DNA from: Desulfobulbaceae bacterium
GTDB lineage: Bacteria > Desulfobacterota > Desulfobulbia > Desulfobulbales > SURF-16
NCBI GenBank assembly: GCA_002868945.1
Contig: PKTX01000004.1
Coordinates: forward strand, 11,047 to 75,046
Direction: 5' to 3'
DNA: 64,000 nt
In this document: positions 18,699 to 27,942 of the stretch, piece after piece
Numbering within the stretch: the first letter of the stretch is position 1
How the letters are laid out: every line of letters begins with the position of its first letter
The notes under the pieces: model-generated
Database searches by the model: none
What the model was told of the DNA's origin: nothing
Seen by the model: only the letters and a program-made list of their open reading frames with translations
Made by a program: the position numbers and the translations under genes

Positions 18699-19095
18699 CT
18701 CCCTTTTCTCTTTTCAGACCTGGGGCTGTTGCCGGATGACCGGGCTGATCCGACAAAAAAGGCCCGGCGAGCGCCAATGACCGTCACAACCCGACCTGCC
18801 GACACCAGACAAGAGGCGCACCCATGGCCGCCTGTCAAGAGTATGGCATAGTCAGGCCCGACCATACAAGGCCGCTGCCGAAATTGTCCGGCCCTACTCC
18901 GCCGCAGCCTCTGTATTTTGAGGCGATTCCCTGCGGCACTCCCGCCCCCCATAGCCTGCTCTCTCCTTTACTTTCAGCCGGCTGCCTGCCTATACTTTAA
19001 CAAAACAGTATTTCTGGCCGCAGCCTGTTGATAATAGTTATCAATAATGCTACTTTGTTGTTTTCTTCCCCAGCAACCCCGAACCCGAGAGTGCC

Positions 19096-21360
19096 ATGTC
19101 CAGCCCCACCAGCGAAGAAGCAGCACAGAAAATCCTCTTTCTTGGCTCCAACGTCAAGATCCGTAACATTGCCATCAAGGAGGTCAGCCTCATTGAGGAG
19201 GGCAGCCTGCCGGCCTACGGCTATAATCCCGGCGACTTTGTCGAGCTTCTGGCCGGCAAGGTGGAGGTAGAAAACGGCCGCCTCGACCAGTGCATGACCT
19301 GGCTGGCCGCCTACCTGACCTCTGCCAACCTCTCCCCCAAAATCACCACCTTCACCTATGGCGAACAGAAGGACATCTTCCAGATCTTCCGCAAGTACCA
19401 ACGGCCGGAGATCGACAAGGACCATGGCTGGTTCATGGTCCATCAAATTCTGCCTTATGCCGGTCGCGGCGAGGATGACAAGGCCTTTGCCGTCACCGAC
19501 GCCAACCGCCGGGAGACTGGTGGCCATGACGGTATTCTGGTGATTGACGATGGCGGCCGACCACCGCAGGTGGCAGGCGAGCTCAAGGAACTCAACCCCA
19601 AGGCCTGGGCCATTGCCATGGGCATCAGCGTTGCCCACTGGGCCGATTGGGCCCGCGAGTTCGGCGAGAACTTCATGCTCTTTGCCCGCCTCTCCGACCT
19701 GGAGACCACCCGCATGGAGATGGACAGCTCGGTGGTCTGGGAATCCATTGTCGCCATGTGCCTGCGCGCCCTGCGTTCGCCGGAGGTAGGGTTGTGGGAT
19801 GCCCGCAGCCAGCGCTTTCGCTGCCACATCATGGTGGAGATGTTCCCGCACGGCCTGCTGACCATCACTCCGGACCGCGTCTTTTTCCGGCACCGGGCCG
19901 GCAGCCTGCCGGAAAAAAGCTCGCCGCGCCAGAAGGGCTCGGTACCGGCCTATGACACCCTGGTCACCTCCATGCTGGCCATGGAGTTCATCCGCGCCGG
20001 CACCGTGATATCGGGACGCTGCCACTCGCAGATCTTCTCCCGCAAGGTCCTGAGCAACTGGCACTGGCTCTACGAGCACGGTTATTACTTTTCCGACACC
20101 CTGGAGTTCCCCTCCCTTGACCTTCACAGCCACTACCTGGGCGATCACTCCTGCACCGAGGTGGAGGAGTATGACCCCTTTTTTATCGAGCTGCCCTCCT
20201 TTTCCCCCGAGTTTGACCGCAGCCTGGAAAAGGTGGCCAGCCAGACCTGGGATGCCGAAAAGAGACGCGGCCTGCGCTCCTTTTTCGACCGGGCAGACCG
20301 GGCCAAGATAGCCGCCACCTTCAGCGGCAGACATGGCTACATGGATGTCATCCTGGAGGTACTCCACTACCTTAAAGAAGAAGTGAGCCACAAGAACGGT
20401 TTTGAACAGCTGCGTATGTACAATATCGGCCACCTGCGCACCACGGACCCGGCCGAGATCGGCCCGGTCCTCACCCTGCAGTCGGTGATGGACTCCTACG
20501 TCAGCAAGGAAAGCTTTCAGCGCCCCTTGTGCATCGGCGTCTTCGGGCCGCCCGGCTCCGGCAAATCCTTTTCCGTCAAGGAGGTGGCCCGAGTCATCGG
20601 CCAGAAATTCGACAGCAATCCCTTTGACTTTTTCGAGTTCAACCTCACCCAGTTTTCCGACCCCAATGAAATCAACTCCTCCATCGACCTGATCCGTGCC
20701 TCGGTGGCCAAGGGCAAGGTGCCCATCACCTTCTGGGACGAGTTTGACTGCCGCTACGACCATAATGAGTTCGGCTACCTGCGCTACTTTCTGCCCTCCA
20801 TGCAGGACGGCGTCACCTATGTGCACGGCACCCCCTACTACATCGGCCGTTCCATCTTTGTCTTTGCCGGCGGTGTCAAATCAAACTGGGAGGGCATGGA
20901 AAAGCTGCTGGCCACCGACGATCCCATTAAACTGCAGGAGGCCAAGACCCTGAAGATTCCCGACTTCATGAGCCGGTTGCGGGTGGTACTGGACATCGAC
21001 GGCATCAATATCCCCGACAATCTGCTCAGTGACTCGGCCAGCGTTGAGGAGCTTGACGACCTGCGCCGCGTCCTGCTGAAGAGGGCCTTTATCATTGCCC
21101 ACCAGATGGACACCCACTGGAAAAAGGCGGCCCGCAAGACCTCGGGTCTGCTGCTGCGCCTGCTGCTGGCCAAATACAAGTTCGGAGCCCGCTCCATTGA
21201 GGCGGTGATCGAGGCGAGCCGCGCCGCCGACCGCCTGGTCTACGGCCTGCCCGAACTCATCGGCCCGTCCGGGGCCAGAATTCATGCCGATTGGCGGGTG
21301 GAGCTGGAGAGAAGGATCGATCAGATCAGAAAACAGCAGGGGCTGCGCTCGGTCTGGTAG
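19096..21360 (+). CDS. Large AAA+ ATPase with an uncharacterised N-terminal domain of about 470 aa
   Basis: Walker A is GVFGPPGSGKSFSVKEVA. Walker B is VPITFWDEFD. An AAA lid-like helical C-terminus follows. I recognise no motif in the N-terminal two thirds. Confidence 0.75.
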   Translation: MSSPTSEEAAQKILFLGSNVKIRNIAIKEVSLIEEGSLPAYGYNPGDFVELLAGKVEVENGRLDQCMTWLAAYLTSANLSPKITTFTYGEQKDIFQIFRKYQRPEIDKDHGWFMVHQILPYAGRGEDDKAFAVTDANRRETGGHDGILVIDDGGRPPQVAGELKELNPKAWAIAMGISVAHWADWAREFGENFMLFARLSDLETTRMEMDSSVVWESIVAMCLRALRSPEVGLWDARSQRFRCHIMVEMFPHGLLTITPDRVFFRHRAGSLPEKSSPRQKGSVPAYDTLVTSMLAMEFIRAGTVISGRCHSQIFSRKVLSNWHWLYEHGYYFSDTLEFPSLDLHSHYLGDHSCTEVEEYDPFFIELPSFSPEFDRSLEKVASQTWDAEKRRGLRSFFDRADRAKIAATFSGRHGYMDVILEVLHYLKEEVSHKNGFEQLRMYNIGHLRTTDPAEIGPVLTLQSVMDSYVSKESFQRPLCIGVFGPPGSGKSFSVKEVARVIGQKFDSNPFDFFEFNLTQFSDPNEINSSIDLIRASVAKGKVPITFWDEFDCRYDHNEFGYLRYFLPSMQDGVTYVHGTPYYIGRSIFVFAGGVKSNWEGMEKLLATDDPIKLQEAKTLKIPDFMSRLRVVLDIDGINIPDNLLSDSASVEELDDLRRVLLKRAFIIAHQMDTHWKKAARKTSGLLLRLLLAKYKFGARSIEAVIEASRAADRLVYGLPELIGPSGARIHADWRVELERRIDQIRKQQGLRSVW

Positions 21361-21438
21361 CCACCGGCCAGCACCACGGTGTCTCCTGACAACCATGCCG
21401 GCCCAGCCCGCGCCCAGTGCCGCAAAGCAGGGCAGAGA

Positions 21439-22740
21439 TCAGCTCGAGTGTCGGCTGAGTTGATAGGCCAGACGGAAGCGCTCCGAGCCGGGCTGCATGG
21501 TCACGGCCCTGGCAAACTGCCTGCGGGCGGCAACATCATCACCGTTTGCCTCCAGGCATTTGCCGTACCAGTAGAAGTTGCTGGCATGATAGGGTTCCAG
21601 CAGGACCTTGTCGCGGCTCTGGGCCAAGGCCTGATTGAGATGGAAACGTGCCTTTTCCTGATTGCCCACCAGCCTGAAGCTCTTCGAGAGGGAGAGATTG
21701 ACCGGCACGTGGCGCGGATGGCGGCCATAAAAGGCCATATCGAGCCGCACGGCCTTGCCGCTTGCCGCAACAAAGGCCTGGTCATCTCCCAGTTCCTTAT
21801 AACAGGCGGCCAGGCTGCGCAGGAACTGGCGATTCTCCGGTTCTTTCAGCAACACGGTCTCATAGAGCAAGGCGGCATTGGCCCAACCTCCATAGCGTGT
21901 ATAACGCTCGGCAAACTTTTTGTTGCCGTTGTGAAAACGTTTGGCAATCCCCTGATGGATCGCGGCATTTTGCCAGCAATACCAGCTTATGGTTCCGGCG
22001 CCGCCAAGTGAGGCAAGGACCACGCCGACCATTGCAATTGCCAGCCCCCTGCCAATATGTAGCCGTCCCCCCTCTTTTGCGAAGAGATGGTAATAATGAA
22101 GGGACAGAAAGGCCAGGGCCATGCCAACCAGGAGCTCCGCCACCTCCGCCTCATTAAAGGAAAAGAGGCGCACCTCACAGAGTGCCGCTACCACAAAATA
22201 GGGACTGAGATAGAGTGGCGGCACCGGCACATGGTCGGCCAACCTGCCTGCCAGCCGATTACTGCTTCTCCGCACCAGTGGGTAGACCAGGCCATAACCG
22301 AGTAGGCCCGTCACAAGCACCACCTCCACCGCCCTTTTCTGCCAGGTTACCACCGGACCGGTGAGGAGGTTGTGGAGATTGAGCTCCTGCTGCAGATTAT
22401 GACGCTGAAAAAAGTCGGGAGTGGCCAGGGCAAAGAGCCGCTGCCCCCAGGAAATCTCCTCGCCCACCACATAGAAACAGGCCAGGGCAAGCAGGGCGAA
22501 AAAAACTCGATAATGGCGGGACCGCCAAACCAGACGGGCGGCAAGCACAAGGGTGGCACCAAAAAAGAAGACCTGCGTCCACTCGCCGGGCATGTCCTCA
22601 TAGGTGGCCAGGATATAGAGCTTGGGAAAATAGAAGACACAAACCGCAAACAGGCCGAGGACGGCAGTCAGGAGCAGAGTGGCGGTAACCTCTTCGAGGG
22701 TAACCTGCCGACGCTGATTTGCTCTGGCTTTCTGTCTCAT
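21439..22740 (-). CDS. Polytopic membrane protein with a C-terminal TPR domain
   Basis: About 8 predicted TM helices with an EEISWGQRLF motif. TPR-like repeats follow (ALLYETVLLKEPEN..., CYKELGDDQAF..., WYGKCLEANGDDVAARRQF). Confidence 0.6.
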   Translation of the reverse strand: MRQKARANQRRQVTLEEVTATLLLTAVLGLFAVCVFYFPKLYILATYEDMPGEWTQVFFFGATLVLAARLVWRSRHYRVFFALLALACFYVVGEEISWGQRLFALATPDFFQRHNLQQELNLHNLLTGPVVTWQKRAVEVVLVTGLLGYGLVYPLVRRSSNRLAGRLADHVPVPPLYLSPYFVVAALCEVRLFSFNEAEVAELLVGMALAFLSLHYYHLFAKEGGRLHIGRGLAIAMVGVVLASLGGAGTISWYCWQNAAIHQGIAKRFHNGNKKFAERYTRYGGWANAALLYETVLLKEPENRQFLRSLAACYKELGDDQAFVAASGKAVRLDMAFYGRHPRHVPVNLSLSKSFRLVGNQEKARFHLNQALAQSRDKVLLEPYHASNFYWYGKCLEANGDDVAARRQFARAVTMQPGSERFRLAYQLSRHSS

Positions 22741-22949
22741 TGCACCCTCCCGACCAGGGGCTTGAGGATCATCTCCAGCGGGACGGCACCAGCCTCAACC
22801 AACCACAGCCCCCAAAAGCCCCCCACATGCCACTCAGGAGCCCTCCCCTGGCACGTGGTCTGATAGAGGCTCGGGCAGAACAGAAGAGGCAGCCCCGGCG
22901 CCGTTAGCACCAAGACAAAGCTTGGCAGCCATAATCTGGTGTTCACCAT
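22737..22949 (-). CDS. Possible small membrane protein translationally coupled to the TPR membrane protein
   Basis: 70 aa with a hydrophobic N-terminus. RBS AGGGGGG lies 8 nt upstream of the ATG at 22949. Its stop overlaps the downstream start (ATGA). No homology can be judged. Confidence 0.3.
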   Translation of the reverse strand: MVNTRLWLPSFVLVLTAPGLPLLFCPSLYQTTCQGRAPEWHVGGFWGLWLVEAGAVPLEMILKPLVGRVQ

Positions 22950-23062
22950 TAGTTACCCCCCTGAAAACCAGCCTTTCCGGCCCGTCCGAGCCGGAAAGAG
23001 TGCAGACTCTGCCTGCCTGAAATACGGCAGCCAAAGTCTGCACATCCTCGAGCTGATCTCTC

Positions 23063-23488
23063 TTAGTGATGATCGCTGTCATGCCAGTGGTCATCGCTAT
23101 CGCTGTCGTACCAGTGGTCATCGCTGTCGCTGTCGCCATGATCATGATCCGACTCGTCGGCATCCTGGTTGACGCAGGCACCGCCCACATCAACCTTGGG
23201 AGACCAATAGAGGCCGGTCTCGTAGGACGGGGCCCGCCACAGGTAGCTCACCGTGGTGATGTCGTTGGGGCGCAGGGTTACCTCGCGGCAGACATGGCCC
23301 ACGGCATTGCCGGCGTCATCAAAGGCCCGCATACGCACCGCGGCCCGCAGGTAATTGCCGGTGGCGTTCTTGACATCGGCAGACACGGCCACGGCCTCAT
23401 TCATCTGGACCGAGCCGGCGGCCAAGGCCAGGCCGGAGGTTGCAAATGCGATGAACATCGCAAAGAGAACGGTTCTTGTAAGCTTCAT
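23063..23488 (-). CDS. Small secreted protein with a His/Asp-rich C-terminal tail
   Basis: Signal peptide MKLTRTVLFAMFIAFATSGLALA. The tail is DADESDHDHGDSDSDDHWYDSDSDDHWHDSDHH, encoded by a 27-bp tandem repeat (23084-23110 and 23111-23137). Confidence 0.65.
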   Translation of the reverse strand: MKLTRTVLFAMFIAFATSGLALAAGSVQMNEAVAVSADVKNATGNYLRAAVRMRAFDDAGNAVGHVCREVTLRPNDITTVSYLWRAPSYETGLYWSPKVDVGGACVNQDADESDHDHGDSDSDDHWYDSDSDDHWHDSDHH

Positions 23489-23560
23489 GGGTATTATTCC
23501 TCCAATTATCAGGATATTTTTTCTTTTTTACTCAAATAGCATTCCTTTGCCTGCCGCCCC

Positions 23561-25000
23561 TTACGGCACAACAACGGTGGGGGCATCCATGCTGACCACA
23601 AAGGCGGCCGGGTCATCAAGACCAGGTTCGGCCTGGGCCACGCTGGCATCAAAGGTGGGGGTCATCCTGATGGTGAAGCTGGCATTTCCGTTACCATCTG
23701 CAGTGGGCCAGTTCTGGGCACCTGCCACGGAAATGTAGGCATTGATGTTGACATTGGCCAGGTCATCGATATTGCCCGGCACCCACAACGAATCAGCCAT
23801 CCAGGCCGCGATGGTGGCATCATCCACCGGAATGGGGGCACGGACATCGGTACCCACGGAAGGCGCGATCTCACTGGCAATGCCGTCGCCATCATAGTCG
23901 TGGAGCTGATAATCCTCACGATAGGTCACCCACTGGCCGTCACAACCGGCATTGGGGGCGCCGGCCATGGCAGCCTCTTCGTCAAAGGCGCCGTCACAAC
24001 TGGCGGTGAGCATGTTGTCGGTATAGGGATTACCGTCGTCATCATAGAAGAAACCACCCTTCATCTGATCGCCGGGCAGCCACTCGCCAAAGAGGTCACG
24101 ATGGACCTGGGACAGGCCGGTGGTGGTGATGGACGTCTCTCCGGCCAGCAGACCAAAATTGGCACGAACGTAAGGGTTGAAATAGCCGGTGGAGGTGTGG
24201 TGCTTGTCAATGGCACCAAACAGGCCATGAGCCATGAGAGCGTCGAGCTCACCCTGATTCATTACCGTACTCGGCGTGGGAGCGACATCGTCGTAGACGG
24301 CTCCGCTCTTGGCACAGTAGGCGATACCATCGCCGGGACTCGCCTTGACAAACTGGCCGTTGACCATGAAGCCGAGCTCCTGGGTAAAGCCGGTAACCCG
24401 GCTGCCCGTATGGTTGCCATACTTCTGAAGAATACGATAGACATCACTGCTGCCCGTGGCGGACACGTCAAAGGTCAGATCCACCGGGCCATCAAGTACA
24501 TAGCTCACCATCTTGAAACGCTTACTGGACTGCCAGGGATCTGAACACTGCTTGATATCGGTGCCCCAGGGTGACTCCGGCATCCAGCCGGCCGACATGA
24601 TGCAGTTTTGGCCGGTGACGTCATCCCCGGTAACAACACTAAGGCCGGGTCCCTGGGTATCTCTCTCCTTCCAGGTCATGGCGCCGTTCTGGCTGGTCAT
24701 GGAGAGATCGGTAAAGATATTGGTCGTGCCCACCAAGTACTTGACCCAGCCGCTGGGCATGAAGCCGTCCGTGGCCACGGTTCCGGTGTTGGGGTCAACC
24801 AGGCTGCCCGGTTCCACCCAATTAAAGATATCGAATCCGTCATAGGGAATACCGGTCTCGATGGCGACTTCCTGCTGAGACTGGGCCGGCGAGGTAAGCG
24901 ACATATCCCACCGCTCGATGACATCCGCCTTGGCAACACCAGCGGCGCTGACCAGACCCAGGGCCGCGACAGCGACCATTACTTTTCTGCTTCCTTTCAT
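23561..25000 (-). CDS. Secreted protein of unknown function (479 aa)
   Basis: Signal peptide MKGSRKVMVAVAALGLVSAAGVAKA. Asp-rich, calcium-site-like stretches are present (FYDDDGNPYTDN, HDYDGDGIASE). I recognise no family. Confidence 0.6.
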   Translation of the reverse strand: MKGSRKVMVAVAALGLVSAAGVAKADVIERWDMSLTSPAQSQQEVAIETGIPYDGFDIFNWVEPGSLVDPNTGTVATDGFMPSGWVKYLVGTTNIFTDLSMTSQNGAMTWKERDTQGPGLSVVTGDDVTGQNCIMSAGWMPESPWGTDIKQCSDPWQSSKRFKMVSYVLDGPVDLTFDVSATGSSDVYRILQKYGNHTGSRVTGFTQELGFMVNGQFVKASPGDGIAYCAKSGAVYDDVAPTPSTVMNQGELDALMAHGLFGAIDKHHTSTGYFNPYVRANFGLLAGETSITTTGLSQVHRDLFGEWLPGDQMKGGFFYDDDGNPYTDNMLTASCDGAFDEEAAMAGAPNAGCDGQWVTYREDYQLHDYDGDGIASEIAPSVGTDVRAPIPVDDATIAAWMADSLWVPGNIDDLANVNINAYISVAGAQNWPTADGNGNASFTIRMTPTFDASVAQAEPGLDDPAAFVVSMDAPTVVVP

Positions 25001-25410
25001 GTAACTTCTCCTTCCTCAAGGTTAGTAAGGCGCTCCTCGGACAAGGGCAAAAGGGCCAGGAAATCGGCTCGCCCTTGTTCCTGCCGATCAACATCAGGCA
25101 GCAGGAGAGGAACAGAACAACAAACTCTTCGAGGGGAGATAAGAGCAGAGAACGTACCACCTGGACGTAAAAAAAGATCACTAACCGTAAAATGCCGCCA
25201 ATATCCTGCAATCACGGTATTTTTTTTCGAAAAAAAAGCAGCGGCCCACCAAAAAACACGGCAATTCGTCGCAGCAGGCAGAAACTGCTCAACAACTCAC
25301 TAGAACCTGCAGAGCCATTTCGGCTTACAACGAACCGAAAAATCCCGGCTTTGCAAAAAAATGAAAAGAGAGGTGAAAAAAATAGGATGAACGGGATACC
25401 AACAAGAAAT

Positions 25411-25505
25411 TTAACTTTCCGAGTTGAGATAATTATTAGACATTACACGAGGTAAAAGCGATTTGGACGTGTGCTTCAAGGAGAATTCAGGAGTCAGGAA
25501 ACAGA
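25411..25505 (+). repeat. Repeat family 2, copy B
   Basis: ttaactttccgagttgagataatt...gagaattcaggagtcaggaaacag. The first hairpin is retained with a U-G-compatible change. Confidence 0.55.
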
Positions 25506-25637
25506 AAAAAAGCTTAAGGCCATCTTGAATAATTGCTCTTTTGGTCGTTCTGACGTCTGGAGTGCGGCCCTGCATTCCGGCATGTTGCAAAAAATTTCAG
25601 CGCCCCACTAACAATCCAGACAAGATCAGCAAGATAG

Positions 25638-25776
25638 TGCCTGTCCAGAAATGGCCCTTTCACCCGATCTCGGCGTCATGCTCAAAAAATAATGCTCGGA
25701 ATATCACATATATGCCTGCGCTTATTTTTCTCGCAGTCCTTGATCTCGAACGAAATGACCTATTTCTGGACAGACA
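25638..25776. mobile_element. Type A MITE-like element, 139 bp
   Basis: 136 of 139 positions are identical to 2697-2835. It is preceded by module E (ggccatcttgaataattgct at 25518). Confidence 0.75.
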
Positions 25777-25811
25777 CAAGAGAACAGAGGCCGGACGTTG
25801 AGAGAAAAGAA

Positions 25812-27485
25812 CTAATTCTGGTCCGGCAGAGAGAAGATGAAGCGGTTGCGACCCTCGGCCTTGGCGGCATACATGGCGGTATCGGCATTCTTGACCAGAA
25901 CATCGGCACTGGTAAGCTCCGGCGACGACAGACAGATACCAATGCTCACCCCGATAACGCACTCGTCATCATGGATAAAAAAGGGTTTGTCAAAGGCCTC
26001 CAGGATCTTGGTGGCCACCTTCATGGCATCACTGGCATGACGCACCCGGCTGAGCAGGATGGTAAACTCGTCGCCACCCACCCGGGAGACGGTATCGGAC
26101 TCACGCACCGTTGCCGTCAAGCGCCGGGCCACCTCCTGCAGGGCCAGGTCGCCCCCCTCATGGCCATGCTTATCATTAAGCGGCTTGAAGTGATCAAGAT
26201 CAAGATAAAAGAGGGCGAAGAGATGGCCATAGCGCCGAGCCTCCTTCATGGTGACCTGCAAGCGATCAAAGAAGAGGTTGCGGTTGGGCAGGCCGGTGAG
26301 TTTATCGAAGTTGGCCAGAAACTCCAGCTGGTCACGCTGCTCCTTGAGTTCGCTGATATCATGGCCGAGACAGGAGATACCCTGCAGGGTGCCGTCAGGC
26401 AGATAGAGGGCACTGGCCGAAAAGAGCACCGGGATGGCACGTTTATCGGCGTCAACATAAAAGGCCTCCAGATTGATGACCGCCTTACCCTCGAGCAGCC
26501 CCTGAAACAGGGAACTGGCAACCGCCTCATCCGGATGGCTGAATAGCGCGGAAAAGGCCGCCCCCTCAAGCTCCTCTTCGGATAGACGCAGCAGGCGCAG
26601 GGTGGCATGGTTCACCGTCTGGATGGTGAGATCCGGATTGAGAATAATCAGGGAGTCGGACATATTATTAATGATATTATCAACATAATCACGAGAGACC
26701 GTGATGTGTTGGAGCTCACGGGTCATCTGCCAGAAGGACACGGCCAGGTCGTGAATCTCGTCACCATCGGGGCTGCCGGCCGGTTTGTCCACCGTGCGAC
26801 CCCGGCTGAAATCAAGGATCATCTTTTTGACGCTGGCCAGGGGCGCTATGATCTCCTTATTGGCCAGCCAGTTAATGACCATGGTGGTGAGCACCAGGAA
26901 GAGAACAAAGAGAACCTGAAGCAGACGGGTATAGCGATCAATACGCTCATTATTATTGGTGAGATCGGTGACGATCATCTCCTGAAGCGATTTCACGACA
27001 GTCCTAAAATCGGCATCAAGGCGGGCCCGGAGCTTGCCGAGCTGAAGCACCTCCCGGCGTGCTGCAAAGATATCGCCCTGGTGCACCGCTTCCAGATAAT
27101 ACTGGGACGCCATGACAAAATAGTCATTATAATCGTCGCGCAGGGCCAGGATGCGGGGATAGAGATCATTATGGCGGCGACTGGCCAGCCGCACCAGCTC
27201 GTCGAGCAGGGCGGCGATCTCCTCATGCCGACCATTGGCCTGCACGACTTCGCCCTCCTCACCGGTAAGCAGGCCGTTTTCATAATCATCACTCTGGGCC
27301 TTAAAGAGGGCCTGGACCCGAATACCATTGGAGGAGAGGGGCAGATCTGTTTTCTCGATGTGGGAAATGGAGGCCTTGGTCTGGTTATTGACCCAGGTGG
27401 TGGCCAGGGTGGCAACGAGATAGCTGAGCAGGGCCACACTGACGCAGGCCCATATTTTGCTGCGGATATTACGGAGAAAACGCAT
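25812..27485 (-). CDS. Diguanylate cyclase (periplasmic helical sensor-TM-HAMP-PAS-GGDEF)
   Basis: The GGDEF active site is SRVGGDEFTILL, with an upstream RxxD-like region. A PAS region (IIILNPDLTIQTVNHA) and two TM segments flanking a periplasmic domain are present. Confidence 0.85.
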   Translation of the reverse strand: MRFLRNIRSKIWACVSVALLSYLVATLATTWVNNQTKASISHIEKTDLPLSSNGIRVQALFKAQSDDYENGLLTGEEGEVVQANGRHEEIAALLDELVRLASRRHNDLYPRILALRDDYNDYFVMASQYYLEAVHQGDIFAARREVLQLGKLRARLDADFRTVVKSLQEMIVTDLTNNNERIDRYTRLLQVLFVLFLVLTTMVINWLANKEIIAPLASVKKMILDFSRGRTVDKPAGSPDGDEIHDLAVSFWQMTRELQHITVSRDYVDNIINNMSDSLIILNPDLTIQTVNHATLRLLRLSEEELEGAAFSALFSHPDEAVASSLFQGLLEGKAVINLEAFYVDADKRAIPVLFSASALYLPDGTLQGISCLGHDISELKEQRDQLEFLANFDKLTGLPNRNLFFDRLQVTMKEARRYGHLFALFYLDLDHFKPLNDKHGHEGGDLALQEVARRLTATVRESDTVSRVGGDEFTILLSRVRHASDAMKVATKILEAFDKPFFIHDDECVIGVSIGICLSSPELTSADVLVKNADTAMYAAKAEGRNRFIFSLPDQN

Positions 27486-27492
27486 GGCACAC

Positions 27493-27942
27493 CTAGTCGA
27501 CTATGGGAATCGCCCTCACCTCGGGCGTAAGCGCCTGCGGGCTGACATAGCCCAGCCCGTTGCAATGGGCCGTGATAAAATTGATGACCTCCTGGTCGGT
27601 CTGTACGGATGGCGGCGGCATACCCTGGCCACGAAAGAGCATCTTTTTGCGAAAGAACAGATACTGGCGTGGCGACCTCTTCAGGATATCATAAGTGAAG
27701 TCACTGTAAATTTTGGGATTTTCATTAATCACCACGGCAATATTTTTGCCGCTCGACCAGCTTCGTTTCCTGCTTAAAAAGATGAGCGCCACATCCTTAC
27801 GGCTGAGACTCTCGACCTGATTGTTGTGGTTTGCCACCAACACGAAACTGTCGCCGGCAGCGGCCTGCGTGCCTGCGGCCGCCATCAGTCCCAGCAGGAC
27901 AAGGAGCCCACCCAGATATTTTCTCCCCAAAAAATGCATCAT
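27493..27942 (-). CDS. Small periplasmic PBP-like (PstS-type half-domain) protein
   Basis: 149 aa with a signal peptide. FVLVANHNNQVESLSRKDVALIFLSRKRSWSSGKNIAVV matches the PBP-like pattern hhVh....v..Ls..#h..If.g....W..G..I. There is a 1-nt stop/start overlap with the porin gene. Confidence 0.6.
   Translation of the reverse strand: MMHFLGRKYLGGLLVLLGLMAAAGTQAAAGDSFVLVANHNNQVESLSRKDVALIFLSRKRSWSSGKNIAVVINENPKIYSDFTYDILKRSPRQYLFFRKKMLFRGQGMPPPSVQTDQEVINFITAHCNGLGYVSPQALTPEVRAIPIVD

Noticed and set aside
18997-20826. 609-aa ORF on the minus strand, antisense to the AAA+ gene
   Set aside because: Its composition is dominated by G/A/V/L/H/D with no motifs. This is typical of a stop-free shadow frame in high-GC DNA. 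The plus-strand ORF carries Walker A/B motifs and has natural composition.
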